Below, one piece after another: positions 1 to 8,658 of a stretch of 63,743 nucleotides of DNA; the first letter of the stretch is position 1, and every line of letters begins with the position of its first letter. The position numbers were made by a program, and so were the translations under genes. The notes under the pieces are model-generated. The model ran no database searches and had not been told where the DNA came from. It saw only the letters and a program-made list of their open reading frames with translations. Source of the DNA: Candidatus Margulisbacteria bacterium GWF2_35_9 (lineage in GTDB: Bacteria > Margulisbacteria > Riflemargulisbacteria > GWF2-35-9); assembly GCA_001783275.1 (NCBI GenBank), contig MFRH01000001.1:1-63743 (forward strand), in the 5' to 3' direction.

Positions 1-1
1 A

Positions 2-124
2 GTTGAGGTCATAAATATTGGTAAATATCGGTATCTATTAATCGGAAGTATCCCAAGGATTGAGCTTATGAGTAAAAACGATACAAAATTGCCAAATTTT
101 ATAAAGAATAACAATAAACAATAA
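2..124 (+). CDS. 3' end of a CDS running in from the left edge (partial, unknown product)
   Basis: Open frame VEVINIGKYRYLLIGSIPRIELMSKNDTKLPNFIKNNNKQ to TAA at 122-124, just before the RBS of the next gene. Confidence 0.4.
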   Translation, partial: VEVINIGKYRYLLIGSIPRIELMSKNDTKLPNFIKNNNKQ

Positions 125-136
125 GGAAGTGAAAAA

Positions 137-799
137 ATGCTAATTGATATCCCGTTTTGGAGAATTCCCCGCTATTATATGGATACTTATCTTGATGGCA
201 GTATTGATGATATGAGATTAGGTATTAATCTTAAAGAGGCTGAAATTGTTATTTCTCATGTAGCATATCCTCAGGAAGAGCACATTCCGGGAATGAACTC
301 AAAAGCGCACTTAATTGCAATGTTGATAAAAATTAAAGAATCTCCAATCTATAAGCTATATATCGCGTTAAAGGAAGATAATGTCAATTTGGTGAAATTG
401 ATATTACAGGAAAAGGATACTAATAAAATAGGCGTATTAATGGGAGCTTCATGCTGTAATAGTATAAATATTATAAAATTATTAATACGAAATTTCGTAA
501 ATGTAGATGATTCGGATGATGTTGGTTGGACGGCACTTGGAACATCAATCGTCTTTGGAAGTGAAGAAGTATTTAGGGAATTGATAAAGAACGGTGCAGA
601 TGTAAATAGTCATACTCTCCAAGGGGTAACTCCTCTAATGATTGCAATTTCAGTAGCTAGCGTAGAAATGGTTGAAGTTCTTATTAAGAATAAAGCAAAT
701 ATTCAAGCGAAGGATTGCTTAGGAAGAACAGCAATAAACTATCTCGAAATCATTACCGATACAGACATTAAGAATCGGTTAATCGCTATACTGAATTAA
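137..799 (+). CDS. Ankyrin repeat protein
   Basis: Repeated ankyrin motifs: GWTALGTSIVFGSEEVFRELIKNGADVN, GVTPLMIAISVASVEMVEVLIKNKANIQAKDCLGRTA. Confidence 0.9.
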   Translation: MLIDIPFWRIPRYYMDTYLDGSIDDMRLGINLKEAEIVISHVAYPQEEHIPGMNSKAHLIAMLIKIKESPIYKLYIALKEDNVNLVKLILQEKDTNKIGVLMGASCCNSINIIKLLIRNFVNVDDSDDVGWTALGTSIVFGSEEVFRELIKNGADVNSHTLQGVTPLMIAISVASVEMVEVLIKNKANIQAKDCLGRTAINYLEIITDTDIKNRLIAILN

Positions 800-2204
800 G
801 AGAACTATCGCTAGCTATGGGGGGTAACCCGTTTAATAAATACTCTGCGAGTTTGCTGAAGTATGTCATTGTATATGCTCGTTTTGCCTCACAGTGACTT
901 TTAATAGGTTGTCTGAGGCTATGATTCTCAGAATAGTTTTGGTGCAAGCAGGAGCCTGCGCAAATCCATTTTAGAAAACAGTTTGAACAACCGTCCATGT
1001 TAAACATATGACTATTCATTAGCTCATTTTTCTTTTCTTCATTAACAATCACTTGATTATCCTTAATTTCAGCCCAATAAAAAGGATTTTTATCAGGAGT
1101 TTCAATACTTGCTGCTTCAGAACAAGCTAGAATTTTACCGTCTGTATCCAGAACAAATTGTGGCATGCAGGCCTGACAATGCATTGGGTGGGGTTTTCTT
1201 GTGTGAAATGATCCCATAAAGTCGGAATCGATCATGATCTTATCTAGGTAAGCTTGGGATTGGATTAATGCAAAGTTTTGGGCAAATTCAGAAATATCGG
1301 GTGGATTATGAATATCATCATCAAAAAGTCTTGCATTGCCAACGTCAACAACCGGATTAAGCTTAATCGTTTTTATGTTGATCGACTTAAAAAATTGATA
1401 AATTTCATTAAGGTATTTGTTACTGTAAGCAGTGACAACACATATTACGGATGTTCCTAAATTATGTTCTTGAAAATATCTTAGGGTCTCCATCGTTTTA
1501 TTAAATCCGTTTGTTTTTGAATTTTTTGCCGGTCGTTGCTTATTATGAATAAATTCAGGGCCATCTATGGAGAACGAGGTTGATATTTGATTCTTAATCA
1601 ACCAATCGGCTGTTTTCTTTGAAAATAACCCGTTTGTTTGGGTAGAGAATTTGACGAATTTAAACCTTTTTTTACAAAGTTTATATGCTTTTTTAAGTTC
1701 TTGCATCGCAATAGTCGGTTCTCCATTCCCATGTAATTCAATATCAATATGGAGATTTTCAGGTAAATAATTAATTAGTGTTTCTAAATGATCTAGGTTA
1801 ATACTTTTTCCGATGCTTTTTGCTCCAGCATAGCAATATGAACAGTTTGAATTGCATCTTGAAGATAGTATCAGTCGAATATGATTTGATGTTCCATTCA
1901 AATTAACCCTCGGAATAAGGGCTAATGCTTGGTCATTAGGTAGCATCAGCATGCTTTCAATCAATTGAGGAAAGTACTCTTTTCTAAGTTCGATGGGTTG
2001 GGTCGAGATGACAAAATCTTTAGGAATCATGTATATCCTCAGCAAAAGGGGTGTATAGAACATATAATAGGATTCTTTTTCCCCAATAAAAAAAAGATCT
2101 GGAACAATTCGATATTGATTCCCTAATGAGCGAGACGGTTTAAACTCAATCGCCTCTTGTTGAAGATTGATCCACTTAATCGTTTTTGAAGATTTTTTTT
2201 CCAT
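786..2204 (-). CDS. Radical SAM protein with C-terminal SPASM domain
   Basis: CxxxCxxC motif (CNSNCSYC), GNGEPT, QTNG and SIDGP motifs; SPASM cysteines CQAC...C...CSNCFLKWICAGSC...C. Confidence 0.9.
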   Translation of the reverse strand: MEKKSSKTIKWINLQQEAIEFKPSRSLGNQYRIVPDLFFIGEKESYYMFYTPLLLRIYMIPKDFVISTQPIELRKEYFPQLIESMLMLPNDQALALIPRVNLNGTSNHIRLILSSRCNSNCSYCYAGAKSIGKSINLDHLETLINYLPENLHIDIELHGNGEPTIAMQELKKAYKLCKKRFKFVKFSTQTNGLFSKKTADWLIKNQISTSFSIDGPEFIHNKQRPAKNSKTNGFNKTMETLRYFQEHNLGTSVICVVTAYSNKYLNEIYQFFKSINIKTIKLNPVVDVGNARLFDDDIHNPPDISEFAQNFALIQSQAYLDKIMIDSDFMGSFHTRKPHPMHCQACMPQFVLDTDGKILACSEAASIETPDKNPFYWAEIKDNQVIVNEEKKNELMNSHMFNMDGCSNCFLKWICAGSCLHQNYSENHSLRQPIKSHCEAKRAYTMTYFSKLAEYLLNGLPPIASDSSLNSV

Positions 2205-2305
2205 AACTTATTCATTCCCCAATAGCAACTGTATTAAACATTATTATCAGAAGATAATAATTTAAACAACTCACCATTTTTTATTTCTTTTTTTTGTTTC
2301 AGATT

Positions 2306-2985
2306 TTATTTTATCTGGATATAGTATTTATCTCGAACTTTAGTCATATCTTGTTTTTTGTGACCATGATGTATGCCTGAAAATGTATTGTCCGTTGAAA
2401 GAGATAGGCCTTGGACTGATGGATAGTCGCAAATTCTGTATTTTGGATCTATGGTTGAAAATATAACAACAGTTGGGATACTGAATGCGTCTGCAATATG
2501 AAAGACACACGTATCAACTGTTACAATGGCATCTACGATCGAAATAATACTGATAAGATGATCCAGCGTTTTCGAATATTCAGATAGATTAATCAGTCTT
2601 GGATGGCTATTGATTAAAGGAACTGCTGTAATGATGGTATATTCCGTTTCCTCAATTAATTGATGAATGATTTCTTCATGGATAGACTGGCTAATGTCTA
2701 AATGATTTCTTTTTTGAGAAAGCGAGAATGGTTGTGTATTTAATGAAAAAACAGATAAATAGAAATCAAGTAGCGACTGGGAATTAAATTCTTCTAGGTC
2801 GATGAATCCTCTATTCTTAATTTTTTTGAGTGAGAGTCAGTTGAAATATACAGATGTTGATCGCTGATTTGATGAACATCCATATCAATTAAAGGTGGAG
2901 CCGTTAGGTTAATTTCTTCCATAGCCTTTGTTAATTTCATTGGTAACGTTATATCTTTAGCAGTGTAGAAAAAAAACATTATCAC
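2306..2985 (-). pseudogene. Frameshifted, apparently truncated glycosyltransferase family 9 (heptosyltransferase-like) gene
   Basis: A minus-strand frame missing from the ORF track (about 2306-2830) translates to ...LDHLISIISIVDAIVTVDTCVFHIADAFSIPTVVIFSTIDP..., the GT9 C-terminal signature. It joins listed ORF 2794-2985 by a -1 shift at a T7 run (2821-2827). Confidence 0.7.
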
Positions 2986-3176
2986 TCCGGTTAAGTATCA
3001 ATATCGCCTGATACTGTTTGTATTTAAATGTTATTCCCAGTATTCTATTTTATTAAACGTGTAGCAATCTGCTATTAAGCCTAATTAAACTTTACATTCA
3101 AGATGCTTTGCAATTAAAATACAGTAACTCTTGTTGATTATTCTAGAGTTCATAAAACCATATAAAGGAGCTATTC

Positions 3177-4157
3177 ATGAAACGTTTATTAAGTGGAATA
3201 CAGTCAACCGGAAACATGCATTTGGGTAATTATTTCGGAGCTGTAAAAAACTGGGTTGATATGCAACATGATTATGAGGCTTTTTACATGGTGGCAGATC
3301 TTCATGCATTAACCACCTCCTATGAGGATGGTGTTAACATTATGAAAAATACTTACGAGGTGATTGCCGACCTGATTGCCTGTGGAATTGATCCGAATAA
3401 ATCAACTCCGTTTGTTCAATCCAGAATACCAGAGCATAGTGAGCTACACCTGATTTTTTCTATGATAACTCCCTTGCCATGGTTAGAACGAGTTCCCACC
3501 TATAAAAGTAAAATTGAAGAATTAAAAGGAAAAGACCTGAATACCTATGGTTTTCTTGGTTATCCAGTTTTGCAGGCAGCGGATATCATGTTGTATCAGG
3601 CAGACGTTGTTCCAGTAGGGAAAGACCAAGCACCCCATTTGGAGCTGACACGAGAAGTAGTCAGACGATTTAATCATTTATACAATTCAACCTTTTTTAT
3701 GGAACCGAAGGAAATATTTACAGAATTTCCAGTCATTCCTGGAACAGATGGAAATAAAATGAGTAAAAGTTATGGAAATGCCATTTATTTATCCGATGAC
3801 GCAGAAACGGTTACCCAAAAAATTATGAAAATGTTTACCGACCCTCAGCGATTACGTCGTACCGACCCAGGACGACCAGAAATATGTCCCTTGTTCGCAT
3901 TCCAGGAAATATTTAATCCAAAGGAAACTAAGACGATAGCCGCCGACTGTAAAAGTGCTAAAATCGGTTGTGTGGATTGTAAAAAAAAGTGTCTTACAAA
4001 TATGCTGGTATTTATTGAGCCGATTCGCATGAAACGAGTAGAGTTATTAAATGATAAAAAAATGCTGGATGAAATTATTGATAAAGGCACAAAACGTGCG
4101 CAGAAAGTAGCACACGAAACAGTCAATAAAGTTAAAGAAATAATAAAGATTAAGTAA
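3177..4157 (+). CDS. trpS: Tryptophanyl-tRNA synthetase
   Basis: SGIQSTGNMHLGNYFG (HIGH-type), YPVLQAADI, VPVGKDQAPHLE and KMSKS motifs. Confidence 0.97.
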   Translation: MKRLLSGIQSTGNMHLGNYFGAVKNWVDMQHDYEAFYMVADLHALTTSYEDGVNIMKNTYEVIADLIACGIDPNKSTPFVQSRIPEHSELHLIFSMITPLPWLERVPTYKSKIEELKGKDLNTYGFLGYPVLQAADIMLYQADVVPVGKDQAPHLELTREVVRRFNHLYNSTFFMEPKEIFTEFPVIPGTDGNKMSKSYGNAIYLSDDAETVTQKIMKMFTDPQRLRRTDPGRPEICPLFAFQEIFNPKETKTIAADCKSAKIGCVDCKKKCLTNMLVFIEPIRMKRVELLNDKKMLDEIIDKGTKRAQKVAHETVNKVKEIIKIK

Positions 4158-4196
4158 CTCATCCCCCGCCCCCTTCTCTTGTAAATAGAAGGGGAG
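4156..4196 (+). repeat. Palindromic repeat, left end of DUF559 cassette
   Basis: aactcatcccccgcccccttctcttgtaaatagaaggggag, with stem ccccttct/agaagggg; near-identical copy at 28323-28362. Confidence 0.85.
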
Positions 4197-4207
4197 TTAG
4201 ACTAAAA

Positions 4208-4576
4208 ATGAATAAAATATTACAAACGACTAGACATTTAAGAAAAGAACAAACAGAAAGCGAAAAAATATTTTGGGAAATCGTAAGAAATAGAAAAGTA
4301 AATGGAACAAAATTTAACAGACAATTTCCTATAAAATTTAAATTTAATAATCATAATCGTTTTTTTGTTGCCGATTTTTATTGTCATGAAAGAAAAGTTG
4401 TTGTTGAAATAGATGGAAGTATACATGAAAAACAAAAAGATTATGATAAGCTAAGGGAATATATAATAAATATTTTAGGGATTAAGGTCATTCGATTTAA
4501 AAATAATGACATTAAAAATAATATCAGTTATATAGTTGAACAATTGGAAATTATATTAAATCCCCCTCTTTTTTAA
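4208..4576 (+). CDS. DUF559 / Vsr-like endonuclease domain protein
   Basis: LRKEQTESEKIFW, KFNRQFP, FVADFYC, VVEIDGSIH and GIKVIRFKN match the DUF559 pattern. Confidence 0.92.
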   Translation: MNKILQTTRHLRKEQTESEKIFWEIVRNRKVNGTKFNRQFPIKFKFNNHNRFFVADFYCHERKVVVEIDGSIHEKQKDYDKLREYIINILGIKVIRFKNNDIKNNISYIVEQLEIILNPPLF

Positions 4577-4605
4577 GAGAGGGGTGGCCAAGGGCCGGGG
4601 TGAGT
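4561..4605 (+). repeat. Palindromic repeat, right end of DUF559 cassette
   Basis: tccccctcttttttaagagaggggtggccaagggccggggtgagt, two hairpins; related copies at 46707-46848 and 47543-47582. Confidence 0.8.
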
Positions 4606-4607
4606 AA

Positions 4608-5324
4608 ATGCAAATTAGATTACAAAAATTTTTAGCCGATTGCGGGGTTGCGTCACGAAGAAAAAGTGAAGAACTGATTGTCGCTGGTAAAATAAAAGTA
4701 AATGGAACGGTAGCAAACAATCTTGGTGTAAAAGTTGACCCCCACATGGATAAAATTCTATATAACAATAAGCCGGTGAAGATGACCGGAAAACTGTATT
4801 TACTACTCAATAAACCCAAGGATTATATTACCTCTCGAACAGATCCTAAAGAGCGAAAAACGATATATGATTTATTACCAAATGAATACAAGGATCTTCA
4901 TGCTGTTGGCAGATTGGATAGAAATACTACCGGTTTATTATTGCTGACAAATGATGGTGATCTTACTCAGTCTATTTTACATCCTAAGCATAAAATAGCA
5001 AAAAAATATAATGTCTTAATCGATAAACCACTTAGAAATGAGGATGCTCAGAGAATAGCTGAAGGATTGATGCTTGATGGGAAAAAAACATTACCTTCAA
5101 CAATCGGGTATCTGGATAATACCGGACTGCAACTGGAGCTTACCATTCAAGAAGGCCGAAACAGACAAATCCGCAAAATGTTTGCTATGCTTGGTTATAA
5201 TGTGGATCGTCTTAAGCGAGTCAGTATTGGTTTTCTTCAATTGGGGAATCTAAAACTTAGCCATTATCGATTACTGACACCTTCTGAAATTGGAAGACTA
5301 CTAAAATGGAAAATAAAAAAGTAG
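4608..5324 (+). CDS. rRNA pseudouridine synthase, RsuA/RluB family with S4 domain
   Basis: RLQKFLADCGVASRRKSEELI (S4), LNKPKDY, VGRLDRNTTGLLLLTNDG, EGRNRQIRKM. Confidence 0.95.
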   Translation: MQIRLQKFLADCGVASRRKSEELIVAGKIKVNGTVANNLGVKVDPHMDKILYNNKPVKMTGKLYLLLNKPKDYITSRTDPKERKTIYDLLPNEYKDLHAVGRLDRNTTGLLLLTNDGDLTQSILHPKHKIAKKYNVLIDKPLRNEDAQRIAEGLMLDGKKTLPSTIGYLDNTGLQLELTIQEGRNRQIRKMFAMLGYNVDRLKRVSIGFLQLGNLKLSHYRLLTPSEIGRLLKWKIKK

Positions 5325-6232
5325 TTTTCGGACCGGTATTATCAAGAAGATTAGGATATTCTTTGGGAATAGACATATTGCCTTCGAAAACATGCAACTT
5401 AGACTGCGTGTATTGCGAAGTATGTAAAACAACCAACCTGACTGATGAAAGGTTCCGCTTTGTTGATTTTGACCAAGTAATAAATGAGATATCAGAGGTA
5501 TCTCATGAAATTGATTATATAACCATAACTGGTTCTGGCGAACCGACACTTCATTTAGATTTAAATATACTGATTGCCAAGCTCAAAAAAAACTTTAACT
5601 ATCCCATTGTCCTCATTACAAATTCATTGCTACTGCGAAAAAAAAGTGTTCGAAAGGAATTAGAAAACTTAGATATCATTATGCCGTCTTTAGATGCTGT
5701 GTCACAGGATGTATTTGAAGCAGTGAATAAACCGGTTAAAGGAATTATGATAACGGATGTGATTAATGGCCTAATTGATTTCAGAAAGACCTATCGTGGA
5801 AATATCTGGTTAGAAATACTTTTTTGCAAAGGTATCAATGATGGTATCAATGAAATAAAAAAAATGAAGGGAATAATTAAAAAAATCAATCCGGATAAAA
5901 TACAGTTAAACACCGTTGCTAGGCCTCCTGCATATACAAATACCGGCCCATTATCATTTTCTGAACTTCAAACGATTGCAGATTTGCTAGATAACCAGAA
6001 GGTTGAAATAATTATTTCAAAGCCCAGTAATCGAAAGGGAGAGCCGTTGACTGAAATCGAATTGATTAATTACCTAAGACGTCGTCCTGCGAATTTCGAA
6101 GAGATTAACCTGTGTTTCGGAGAGCAAACCGATATCACAAGAACAATGCTCTTAGATCTTCAAAAATCCAAAAAAATTGAGAAATATACCTATAACAATG
6201 AAGTTTTTTTTAAGGTTTGTGTTTTCGACTAA
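5306..6232 (+). CDS. Radical SAM Fe-S oxidoreductase (COG0731-like)
   Basis: FGPVLSRRLGYSLGID, CNLDCVYC, ITGSGEPTL and PSLDA motifs. Confidence 0.88.
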   Translation: MENKKVVFGPVLSRRLGYSLGIDILPSKTCNLDCVYCEVCKTTNLTDERFRFVDFDQVINEISEVSHEIDYITITGSGEPTLHLDLNILIAKLKKNFNYPIVLITNSLLLRKKSVRKELENLDIIMPSLDAVSQDVFEAVNKPVKGIMITDVINGLIDFRKTYRGNIWLEILFCKGINDGINEIKKMKGIIKKINPDKIQLNTVARPPAYTNTGPLSFSELQTIADLLDNQKVEIIISKPSNRKGEPLTEIELINYLRRRPANFEEINLCFGEQTDITRTMLLDLQKSKKIEKYTYNNEVFFKVCVFD

Positions 6233-6281
6233 GCAACTTTATACTATAAGAGAATTGTAAATTTAATAGGAGGGGAATAAT

Positions 6282-6665
6282 ATGTTTGCATTACTAAGAT
6301 TACCAATTATGATTTTAACACCCGTTACAATAGGAGTAATTGCTCAATTACTGTTTAAACAGGGCATGATGCAGATGGGTGAAATTAATATGATGAGTAA
6401 AGGAATATTCTTGCAATATTTCAAGATATTTACGAACCCATGGGTGTTTTTAGGTTTATGCATGTATTTTCTCAGTACGGTATTCTGGTTATATTTAATT
6501 TCAAAAGTCCCTCTCAGTTTTGCATATCCAATGCTGAGCTTGGGTTATGTGTTTGTTGCATTGGCATCTTGGTTAATCTATAAAGAGCCGTTATCTTTCA
6601 TAAACTGGGCTGGAATAGTTGTTATTATGGTAGGGGTTATATTAATTTCACAAGGGAAAGCATAG
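6282..6665 (+). CDS. EamA/SMR (ArnE/F-like) small membrane transporter
   Basis: Four hydrophobic segments; LSKVPLSFAYP and WAGIVVIMVGVILI patterns. Confidence 0.85.
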   Translation: MFALLRLPIMILTPVTIGVIAQLLFKQGMMQMGEINMMSKGIFLQYFKIFTNPWVFLGLCMYFLSTVFWLYLISKVPLSFAYPMLSLGYVFVALASWLIYKEPLSFINWAGIVVIMVGVILISQGKA

Positions 6666-6677
6666 AGGAGAGAGGTT

Positions 6678-7610
6678 ATGAGAATATTAGTTACGGGTGG
6701 GGCAGGGTTTATCGGATCTCATTTATGTGAGAGATTATTAGAAAAAGGGAATGATGTTATTTGTTTGGATAATTTTTTTACGGGAAGAAAAAAAAATATT
6801 CAGCATTTAATGGATTATAAATCCTTTGAGTTTATTCGACATGATATTACCAATCCCATTTTGTTAGAAGTAGACCAAATTTACAATATGGCGTGTCCTG
6901 CTTCACCGGTGCATTATCAGTACAATCCTGTAAAAACAACTAAAACATCCGTCATGGGTGCAATCAATATGCTGGGACTTGCGAAAAGAGTTAAGGCAAG
7001 AATCCTTCAAGCATCAACAAGTGAAGTATATGGTGATCCAGAGGTCCATCCTCAGACAGAGGATTATTGGGGACATGTCAATCCGATTGGCCCAAGAAGT
7101 TGTTATGACGAAGGGAAACGGGTTGCTGAAACCTTATTTATGGATTATCACACTCAAAACAAAGTCGATATCAGAATTGTCAGAATATTTAATACATATG
7201 GGCCAAATATGTTGCCAAATGATGGGCGAGTTGTAAGTAATTTTATTGTTCAAGCACTTATGGGGGATGAAATTACTGTTTTTGGCGATGGATCGCAGAC
7301 ACGGTCGTTTTGTTATGTGGATGATTTAGTTAAGGCACTTATTAAAATGATGGAGCAGGACGGATTTATCGGGCCAGTTAATCTTGGAAATCCATCGGAA
7401 TTTACCATACTCCAATTAGCCGAAAAAATTAAAGAGAAACTATCTTCAACGACAAAAATAAAATTTATGCCTCTTCCGCAGGATGATCCTAAGCAAAGAC
7501 AACCTAATATTTCTCTTGCTAAAGAAAAATTAGGTTGGGAACCAACTGTTTCATTAGATGATGGTTTAAGTAAAGCAATCGATTATTTCAGAAAAGAATT
7601 GAATAAATAA
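6678..7610 (+). CDS. UDP-glucuronate decarboxylase (UDP-xylose synthase), extended SDR
   Basis: [56 protein letters not shown]. Confidence 0.95.
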   Translation: MRILVTGGAGFIGSHLCERLLEKGNDVICLDNFFTGRKKNIQHLMDYKSFEFIRHDITNPILLEVDQIYNMACPASPVHYQYNPVKTTKTSVMGAINMLGLAKRVKARILQASTSEVYGDPEVHPQTEDYWGHVNPIGPRSCYDEGKRVAETLFMDYHTQNKVDIRIVRIFNTYGPNMLPNDGRVVSNFIVQALMGDEITVFGDGSQTRSFCYVDDLVKALIKMMEQDGFIGPVNLGNPSEFTILQLAEKIKEKLSSTTKIKFMPLPQDDPKQRQPNISLAKEKLGWEPTVSLDDGLSKAIDYFRKELNK

Positions 7611-7635
7611 AAATACTCGCAATCGCGAGTATTTT
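7610..7635. terminator. Bidirectional intrinsic terminator between the convergent UDP-GlcA decarboxylase gene and rpmB
   Basis: aaaatactcgc-aatc-gcgagtatttt hairpin with A and T flanks. Confidence 0.85.
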
Positions 7636-7664
7636 TGTAGTCTTAATATAAATTAAATCAAAAA

Positions 7665-7838
7665 TTAAATTGTTTTAGCAAGTGTTCTTAGACAAGAAGT
7701 ACAAACAGTTGATTTTTTGCTATCAAGCTTTACTGTTTGTAAATTTGGCAAGAATCTTCGCTTTGTTTTTCTTTGCGAGTGAGACACGTTGTTTCCAACA
7801 GTTGGCTTCTTTCCACAAATATCGCATACTTTACTCAT
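7665..7838 (-). CDS. rpmB: 50S ribosomal protein L28
   Basis: [34 protein letters not shown]...VCTSCLR; start moved from track position 7895 to the ATG at 7838. Confidence 0.95.
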   Translation of the reverse strand: MSKVCDICGKKPTVGNNVSHSQRKTKRRFLPNLQTVKLDSKKSTVCTSCLRTLAKTI

Positions 7839-8032
7839 TTTTAACCTGCCTTTATATATCGTAGATTCGTCAAAAAGACTTCCTAAGATTATCATAGCTG
7901 ATATAAAAAAACAATAAGTAACTTGTATAAGCCTTTATAAATGTAAAAAAGATTCATACGAAAGAACTTATGAATATATTGACGGTGTAATAATTAAAAG
8001 TTAAACTTTTTAATGTATCTGGAGGAAATTAT

Positions 8033-8629
8033 TTGCCAAAAATAGTTGATAAAGACAAAAAAAGAGAAAAACTCATTCAAGCAGCAATTCCTATTTTTGC
8101 TAAACATGGGTTTAGGGAAACAAAAATGTCCGATATCGCAATCTCTGCTGATGTTGGTAAGGGTACTCTTTATGAATATTTTGAGAGCAAAGACGACTTA
8201 TTCTTAAGTGCGTTTAAAATTTGGTTTTCTTATTTTTCAGAGCAAATGCAGGATATTATTTCTAAGGAAAAAAATGCCTATAAACAGTTAGAAATATTTT
8301 ATGAACAGTTTTTTAAGACGGTTGAAGAGTATGGTAGCATGTATTATATCTATTTTGATTTTTGGTCGGAATTAACTCGAAACCCCAGATTACACAAACA
8401 GGATATTGCTGTCATTTATCAAACATTAAGAGACTTATTCGCTAATATTTTAGAGAATGGTGCACAAAAAAATGTGTTTAAATCCATGGAATATATCTCA
8501 ATGAGTACTGCGCTGATAGCTATTTCAGATGGGTTGCTCATTCAATGGTTAGTCGATCAGACTTCATTTTCTATTTACGAAGTAGGAATGAGTGCAATTC
8601 GAAGTTTCCTAGATTCATTAGTGGCATAA
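8033..8629 (+). CDS. TetR/AcrR family transcriptional regulator
   Basis: N-terminal HTH: FAKHGFRETKMSDIAISADVGKGTLYEYFESKDDLF. Confidence 0.93.
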   Translation: MPKIVDKDKKREKLIQAAIPIFAKHGFRETKMSDIAISADVGKGTLYEYFESKDDLFLSAFKIWFSYFSEQMQDIISKEKNAYKQLEIFYEQFFKTVEEYGSMYYIYFDFWSELTRNPRLHKQDIAVIYQTLRDLFANILENGAQKNVFKSMEYISMSTALIAISDGLLIQWLVDQTSFSIYEVGMSAIRSFLDSLVA

Positions 8630-8658
8630 ATGTATTTATTCTATAGAGGAATATTATT

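Larger units (their letters stand above)
4156..4605 (+). mobile_element. Putative palindrome-flanked DUF559 mobile cassette
   Basis: Single nuclease gene bounded by imperfect inverted GC-rich hairpin elements (both read actcaYcccc inward), sitting between trpS and the rluB-like gene; solo end copies occur elsewhere in the window. Confidence 0.55.

Noticed and set aside
2205-2305. RiPP precursor ORF beside the SPASM gene
   Set aside because: No small ORF with an RBS is present in this gap.
2990-3176. T-box leader upstream of trpS
   Set aside because: No T-box consensus (GGTGGTACCGCG-like) or terminator/antiterminator is visible, and the region is short and AT-rich.
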